NCBI RefSeq assembly: GCF_009914755.1
Contig: NC_060929.1
Source of the DNA: the human T2T-CHM13v2.0 reference genome, Homo sapiens
Reading direction: 5' to 3' (one strand)
Length of the DNA: 64,000 nucleotides
Below are positions 56,703-64,000 of the stretch, piece by piece. Under the pieces are notes generated by a model. That model did not search any database, was not told the origin of the DNA, and saw only the letters and a program-made list of their open reading frames with translations. The first letter of the stretch is position 1, and the number at the start of each line of letters is the position of its first letter. The position numbers and the translations under genes were made by a program.

Positions 56703-57321
56703 AAGTTGATCATTCCCACTGCAGCCACGTTAGCTGTCCAGTCCCATAAACGATACATTGAAACATGAGTCGGACTGAACGCAGGCAAGAAGGGGACACG
56801 GCGAGGACAGGTGGTCCAGACACCCTGCCACCCTCGCGGCGCAGGGGTCAGAGCCGTGGGGCTGGAGCTGGGAGAGGGGCGCGGTCGGGCTGCCAAGTAC
56901 CCCTGGGGAAAGGTGTCATCTCTCCAAACCCAGCACGGCCAAAAGGATCCTTAGACAAAAAGCACACCTCAACCTGGGGCGGCAAAAACCGACACTCCAG
57001 GCGGAGCAGTGGTCCTGGGAGAGCCGCGAGCCCCGCGCTCCTGGGGAACTACCGGCGGTGGGAAGGGAGGATAAATAATCCAAAGTTCTCCGTGCCACTG
57101 TTTGGGTTTCCTCTTTGTTTTGTTTTCCCCAAACCCCAGGGTCGCTCAGTCTGTGTGGCGCCGGCTGGACTGACCGCCGCGCTCCGCCACCCGGACCCCG
57201 GGTCTCCGTCCCTCCCCGGGGACCAGGCCAGAGAAGCCGGCGGGATCCGAGCCGACCCCGCCCGCAGCGCAGCGGACAGGGAGCGAGCGAGGAGGGAGGG
57301 AGCAGCGGCGCCCGGACTCAC

Positions 57322-57360
57322 CGTGATCCGCGGGATGTTCTTCTTGCCTTGGTAGGACAT
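57322..57360 (-). CDS. DPYSL3: DPYSL3 short-isoform exon 1 coding part (MSYQGKKNIPRIT)
   Basis: Kozak gccaccaccGCCACC-ATG; donor ACG|gtgagt; joins exon 2 in phase 0 across a 28,584-nt intron. Confidence 0.97.
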
Positions 57361-59683
57361 GGTGGCGGTGGTGGCTGCAGCGGCTGGCTCCCTCCCTCCT
57401 TCTTCTGCTCCGGCTCGCCCGCGCCTTCCTCAGCGCACAGCGCCCCGAGATCAGGTGGAGTGAATGGTGCGCTGGCCGCGCCGCCGCCTCCGCCCGCCTC
57501 CGCCCCCCTCCCGGGCTCCCGCGGCGGCTGCCAGAGACAATAGTAAATCTCCCCGGTCCCCCTTTCACCCCCGCCCCCCCACGCACACCCTCCTCCACCC
57601 GCGTTCACGCCCGGGTTTTGTTTTTTTTTTTCTTTTGCTGCGCCAGCTGGGACCCCATAAGACAAGAATGGCTGATCTGCGACTCCTCCCTCTTCTCTCT
57701 TATCCCTATTGATTTTCCTCTTTGCATCTGCCTCACCCACTTTTTCTTTTTCTTTCTTTTTTTTTTTTTTCTGATTCGCGAGTGCTGCGGAGTCAGGCTG
57801 CTCCACAGCCACCAGGGGGCGCGAGGGGCTTTTCGGGAGCGGAGGCTGAGTCCCGGGGGTGGGAGCATCAGCTACGCCCTCCCGGCCGCGGGGCCGAGTT
57901 GCGGGCGCCGCCGCCCCCAGCCAGCTCCTCGTCGGATCTCCTACCTTCCCCGCCCTAGTTTCAGAATGGAGACGGTTCCCGGCTTCCCTCCCGGCACCCG
58001 CTCTCCTCTGCCATGGCGCGGGTCGAATGCGGCGGCCGCGCCTTTGTTCGAGAGGAGGGCTGGGCGCCGCCTCTGCTGCTCGCGGGGTGGTAAACAGCGG
58101 CGCAGCCCCTTCAGACGCCGGAGACTGGTCCGACTCTGCAACCTGGCGGGCCTGCTGGGGTCCCCAGACCCGGAACATACACATTAGAAAATGGAAAGCC
58201 GTGACTCGCTCTCAGAGGCTGCAAGGGGCACGGTAGCAGTGGACTCAACCATTCCCTGTATTTAAAAAATATCCAAGTAGTATCTTGTTAAAGAAACTCC
58301 ACTGCCTGACTGAGTCTCAGAATCAAAGAAAGAACATGAATGCTGCTCTGTGAGTAAAAAGTAGAAAACACCTGTGGAGTGGGAAGGCAGTAGCCCAGAC
58401 ACGTTCCTGGTGCGCAGCCATGGATTTGGAGTAGAACTGCTATTGCTCCCCATCAGTAATGAACCACGTGCACTGCTCACAATCCCGAGTTTACTTTAGG
58501 CAGGGCTGACAGACGAAGGTTTATATGTTATTACAAGCAAAACCATGGCCCTTCGGCGATGGAATACATTGTCCTTTAGCTACCTGCTAAAATCAAACGG
58601 CCAAAGGGAGACATATTTGGAGAGGCCACTGTGGGTGGGGTCTGAGTGGTGGCTGGGGGTGAGGGAGCTCCTCAACTCTCACGACAAATAATTCCAAACA
58701 TAAAATTTAAGGAACCAAAAAAAGACTTGCTATGCAAAAAAAATTATAAAACCCTTTGAAGACAATTTTCCCACCGCTCCCCAATTGTCAATCTTAATGT
58801 TCTATTAAATAGAAATCCTGTATGTCACTAAGCATGACTAAAGCTGTGTTGAATCTTGAATTCACGTTTCCATAAGGCAGCCCACTGATGGCAATTCTAG
58901 ACATCTTGTCATTAAAGTGAAGACGTGCTTGCGATAAAGAAACTATATAAGGCATCCACAGAAAGAGAATACAGAATACTCCGGCTTGGGCTTTCCATAA
59001 ACCCGAAACGAACCAGACTGGTCACATAATCCAAGGACACACAAAGCCCCCCTTAAACACTCCCTCTCAAGTGAGTTAATCCAAGCTTCTGGTTATTTAT
59101 GGTTAATTGGACTGAATGCAGTCTTCGCAAGAAAAGTCCACAGCAGTCTCCACTTTATTTCTGTGATACTCTGCAAAGGAGGATGAATGCCAAGCAAAGA
59201 TCACCTCCCTATACTCTTGCAAAACACAAGGGGGAATAAAAAGACTGGGCCAAAGGCACGCCCTAAACATTTTGCTTTGTTCTTAAAGCGTAAGTGCTGA
59301 GACCACTAGCCAAGAGTTGTGAAATTACAAAGCATTCTGGGGATTGGCATGCAAATGAGCAGGATTATATTTAGAACAGAGTAAAAGGAGAATTAACTAC
59401 ATACTATGGAAACCAGCAGAGCTCTCTCTCTCTGCATCTTTCCTGTAGATTTTACTGCCCCAAACTTGCTGGAAAGGATCTTGCACATTTTTCTCAAGAA
59501 AAGCAAAAATATGTAGGGGACATTTACAATCCTAAAAAAAAAATACCGCTGCTGCTGCCTTTTTTTTTAATTTTACAAGTTTCTTTGCCTTTCTTACATC
59601 TGAGTTATCTCCTCTGTTACCATCATTATAATCCAGAACACTCTTTACTAAATAGATTTATACCATATTTTTGATCACTTGAT

Positions 59684-59707
59684 TGTGTGTGTGTGTGTGT
59701 GTGTGTG
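59684..59707. repeat. (TG)12 microsatellite
   Basis: Perfect dinucleotide run. Confidence 0.95.
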
Positions 59708-60189
59708 TTGTTTCAAATAACAAGACTTGGTTAAGCTTTTTTGAGGTCAGGTTTGCATGCAAGAGGCCATGCTGAATGGCAATTGCAATGTGTTCTTCTG
59801 GATCCGGCTGCTGTGACCAGCCAGACACAGAAACACAGCAAATTGATTCAAGCTGTTGCCATCATCAGAAATGTACAACAAACACTATTTTCCTTGTTTC
59901 ATCCCCTTCAATTATCTTTCACTTTCTTGAACCAAAATAAAGCCTCTAAGATGAATTTGAAGGAAAAAGCCTTCCTTGGCCATAAGAAAGGCAGCCATCA
60001 ACACAGGATGCCTCTGTGTCTGGCCAAGAGAGAGAAGAATGGAACCAGTATGGATGTTTTCCACAGTAGAATGACTCTGAATGGTTTTCCTTGGATACAC
60101 AGCAGTGCTTGGCTTTAGGTATCTCAGTAAACTGAAAGAGGGAGAGGAAGATGTAGAAATAGACTTGATTTACAGTCCCAAAGAAACTT

Positions 60190-61185
<996 letters not shown>

Positions 61186-61842
61186 AAGAATTTTTTAAAA
61201 TTGCATCTGGAGAAAGATTAAATAGGTGAAGAAGAACTTTTCTGGAACTAAAGGGCATGTAGTTAGAATGTAGATTTTACAGTATCTATATTTGCTTCTC
61301 TATGCATTTTTAGAGTTTCCTGATTCTAGATTTCAGAGCAGATGAATTAAGATGGCGAAGAATCACTTTGCTAATATGATACAGTCCAAAAATTTCAGAG
61401 CAACATATGGGCCAAAGAAAGGCTCAGTAGAGTAGAATTGGTACCTGGGCACTGATTAGTTTTATGCCAATGAGGCTGATTCAGTCAGGAGAGGAAACTT
61501 TATGAGGCAGGAGAGAAGTAGGTCAATGGCTCTATGAAAGTTCCAGAATAGGCAACTCAGGTGACATTTATTGTTTGAGTGGAGGGCTTGCCCTTAGCTA
61601 GAAACAAGACTGGTTCCTCCACAGTCACTGAAGAGGAGAATATCTTTGCACAGAGTCCAGTAGCTGGGTATATTTCCGGGAAGGACTTCATGGAATTTGT
61701 CTTCTGACTCCATCTATTTTTTCTGCCATCAGCTAAGACCATCTAGGAAAGAAGGTATTGGGAGAGGGAGGAGGAGTTCATATGAAAATCATTTTCCAGG
61801 ACAGTAAAGGAACTAGGAAAATATGGTATGATTATCTGGCAG

Positions 61843-62401
61843 TGTCAGAGGCGTGTTAACCAGAGCAACTCCATCTTGAATAGGAGCTGTGTAAAATGAG
61901 GCCGAGACCTGAGACCTACTGGGCTGCATTCCCAGATGGTTAAGGCATTCTAAGTCACAGGATGAGAGAGGAGGTCGGCACAAGATACAGGTCATAAAGA
62001 CCTTCCTGATAAAACAGGTTGCACTAAAGAAGCTGGCTAAATCCCACCAAAACCAAGATGGCGACAAGAGTGACCTTTGGTCGTCCTCACTGCTACACTC
62101 CCACCAGCGCCATGACAGTTTACAAATACCATGGCAACGTCGGAAGTTACCCTAGATGGTCTAAAAAGGGGAGGCATGAATAATCCACCCCTTGTTTAGC
62201 ATATCATCAAGAAAGAATCATAAAAACAGGCAACCAGCAGATCCTCGGGGCTGCTCTGTTTATGGAGCAGCCATTCTTTTGTTCCTTTACTTTCTTAATA
62301 CACTTGCTTTCATTACTCTATGGACTCACCCTGAATTCTTTCTTGCACAAGATCCAAGAACCCTCTCTTAGGGTCTGGATCGAGACCCCTTTCCGGTAAT
62401 A
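61843..62401 (+). mobile_element. MER41A solo LTR (ERV1), full length
   Basis: tgtcagaggcgtgttaaccagagcaactccatcttgaatagg ... cccctttccggtaata; 4-bp TSD gcag at 61839-61842 and 62402-62405. Confidence 0.92.
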
Positions 62402-63600
62402 GCAGCAGTAAAGATTCCCTTCAAACGGTGACCATAAATTTAAAGAGAGACCAGTAAGCCTGGTTGTGGATGTTCCTCCAGCCACTTACAGTAGCATATG
62501 TGCAGGCAAGGAGCAGGTAGGGTGTGGAATTGAATGTGGGCTCTTTAAGATGAGTGCTGAGAAGGGAGAGAAAAACTCAAGGGAACTGAGGATGAAGCAA
62601 GGGATCTAAGCTCCTTAAGAGAGCAGGGAGAACACAGTGTATAGGGGAATAAAGGACAGTGAACATACTGAAGATTAAATAAGATTATTCTCATAAAGCT
62701 CTTAAGTCAAGTTAATTAAATGGCAGCTACTCCTAACACTATTTTTAATATTTTGATTTTTTTTTTTTTTTTGCTAAACTTATTTATGCCAGGAACTATG
62801 TCTTATTTATCTTTATAGCCCCCAGCTCTTTTACAGTGCTTGGAGTGGAGTCGCATCAATGGGAAAAGGGGGAGATTGACTGAACAGGCAGGGGAGAAAG
62901 TCCAGAATATTCTCTGTCCTTTAATCTCCAAAACATTTAAAATAAGGACCTAGCCATTTACCTAGTTTTGACCATTAAAAATATTTTTTACTTTCTAAAA
63001 ATACATTTATATGTTGCTGTCTTAATATGAGAAAACATTTGCCCCTTGGTCCTGATTTGAAAAATTCAGAAAAAAAAGTTCTAAAATAAATATAGAAGAG
63101 TTTTGAAGGGGAAAATGTATATACTAGGCCTATGTGAAATATATAGGCTGTTCTTATATTACATAAATAAACATTTAATCTTAGAGCTGCCTTAATTAAG
63201 CATTTGGGTCCATTAATTTTTACCTACAACCAAACAAAGGAAATCTCAGTCATGTAACTCCAGTGTTACAGAATGAAAACCAAAGAGATGATTCACCTGC
63301 TATTATTAGATGTCTACACATTGAATACAGAAATAAACTGGTAAACAAACTAACCTCGGATACACATAAACCAAAAAAAAAAAAATTACAGCCACAGAAA
63401 AGTATTCCCACTGGCTGATTCCAAAATCAAGCTTACACTAGCTTAAGCAAAGGTATGCAATCCTACGTCTCTCTAGACAGAGTTTCTCATTCTTTTCTTC
63501 AGTAGTCATTGAGTTTGAAGGATTCTGACCTGCTCCATCCAGCTCTGATGGCAACTCATATCAAAGCCAAAGGCTAGAGTTAGAAGATCAGGTTGCGAGA

Positions 63601-63895
63601 GGCCGGGTGCTGTGGCTCACGCCTGTAATGCCAGCACTTTGGGAGGCAGAGGTGGGCGGGTCATGAGGTCAGCAGATCAAGACCATCCTGGCTAACATGG
63701 TGAAACCCAGTCTCTACTCAAAATACAAAAAATTAGCCAGGTGTGGTGGTGGGCGCCTGTTATCCCAGCTACGTTGGGAGGCTGAGGCAGGAGAATGGTG
63801 TGAACCCAGGAGGCAGAGCTTACAGTGAGCCAGGATCGAGCCACTGCACTCCAGCCTGGGCGACAGAACGAGACTCCGTCTCAGAAAAAAAAAAA
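63601..63895 (+). mobile_element. AluY/AluSc8-type element
   Basis: Full dimer with poly-A; TSD aagatcaggttgcgaga / aagatgaggttgtgaga (2 mismatches). Confidence 0.93.
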
Positions 63896-64000
63896 AGATG
63901 AGGTTGTGAGATGAGGACAAATTATTGTATGCTGATCTTCATCTCTGGCCCAGCATGTTAGACACACAAGTGAAGTTACATTCATACGAGGGGAAAAACT

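Larger units (their letters stand above)
56380..58240. promoter_or_regulatory. DPYSL3: CpG island / promoter of the short DPYSL3 isoform
   Basis: Abrupt rise in GC and CpG density around the ATG exon; several GC boxes (ccgccc/gggcgg); no clear TATA box. TSS cannot be fixed from sequence. Confidence 0.9.

Noticed and set aside
56378-58236. Cluster of long overlapping ORFs (up to 288 aa) on both strands
   Set aside because: GC-rich CpG-island sequence is depleted of stop codons; peptides are low-complexity and cross microsatellites and poly-A. Only 57322-57360 is supported.

Overview
Primate (almost certainly human) genomic DNA, not prokaryotic. The window holds most of DPYSL3 (CRMP4, dihydropyrimidinase-related protein 3) on the minus strand. 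The short-isoform first exon (MSYQGKKNIPRIT) lies in a CpG island at ~57.3 kb and is followed by coding exons 2-12 running leftward to position 1444. All introns are GT-AG and the frame is open over 1461 nt (487 codons). The last coding exons lie left of the window, and the long-isoform first exon should lie to the right. The rest is intron with Alu, L1, MIR, L2, LTR and DNA-transposon remnants plus microsatellites; nearly all ORFs in the supplied track are artefacts. I find no credible new gene system. The most unusual structures are: (1) an inverted 5S rRNA 5' fragment fused to a truncated L1PA inside one target-site duplication; (2) a 43-bp diverged copy of exon 9 inserted into an old DNA transposon ~330 bp from the real exon; (3) a 122-bp ungapped direct repeat (~85% identical) bracketing exon 3; (4) three independent overlapping A-A'-A fold-back palindromes. 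Repeat subfamily names come from my recall of consensus sequences and need Dfam/RepeatMasker confirmation; boundaries of old repeats are approximate.
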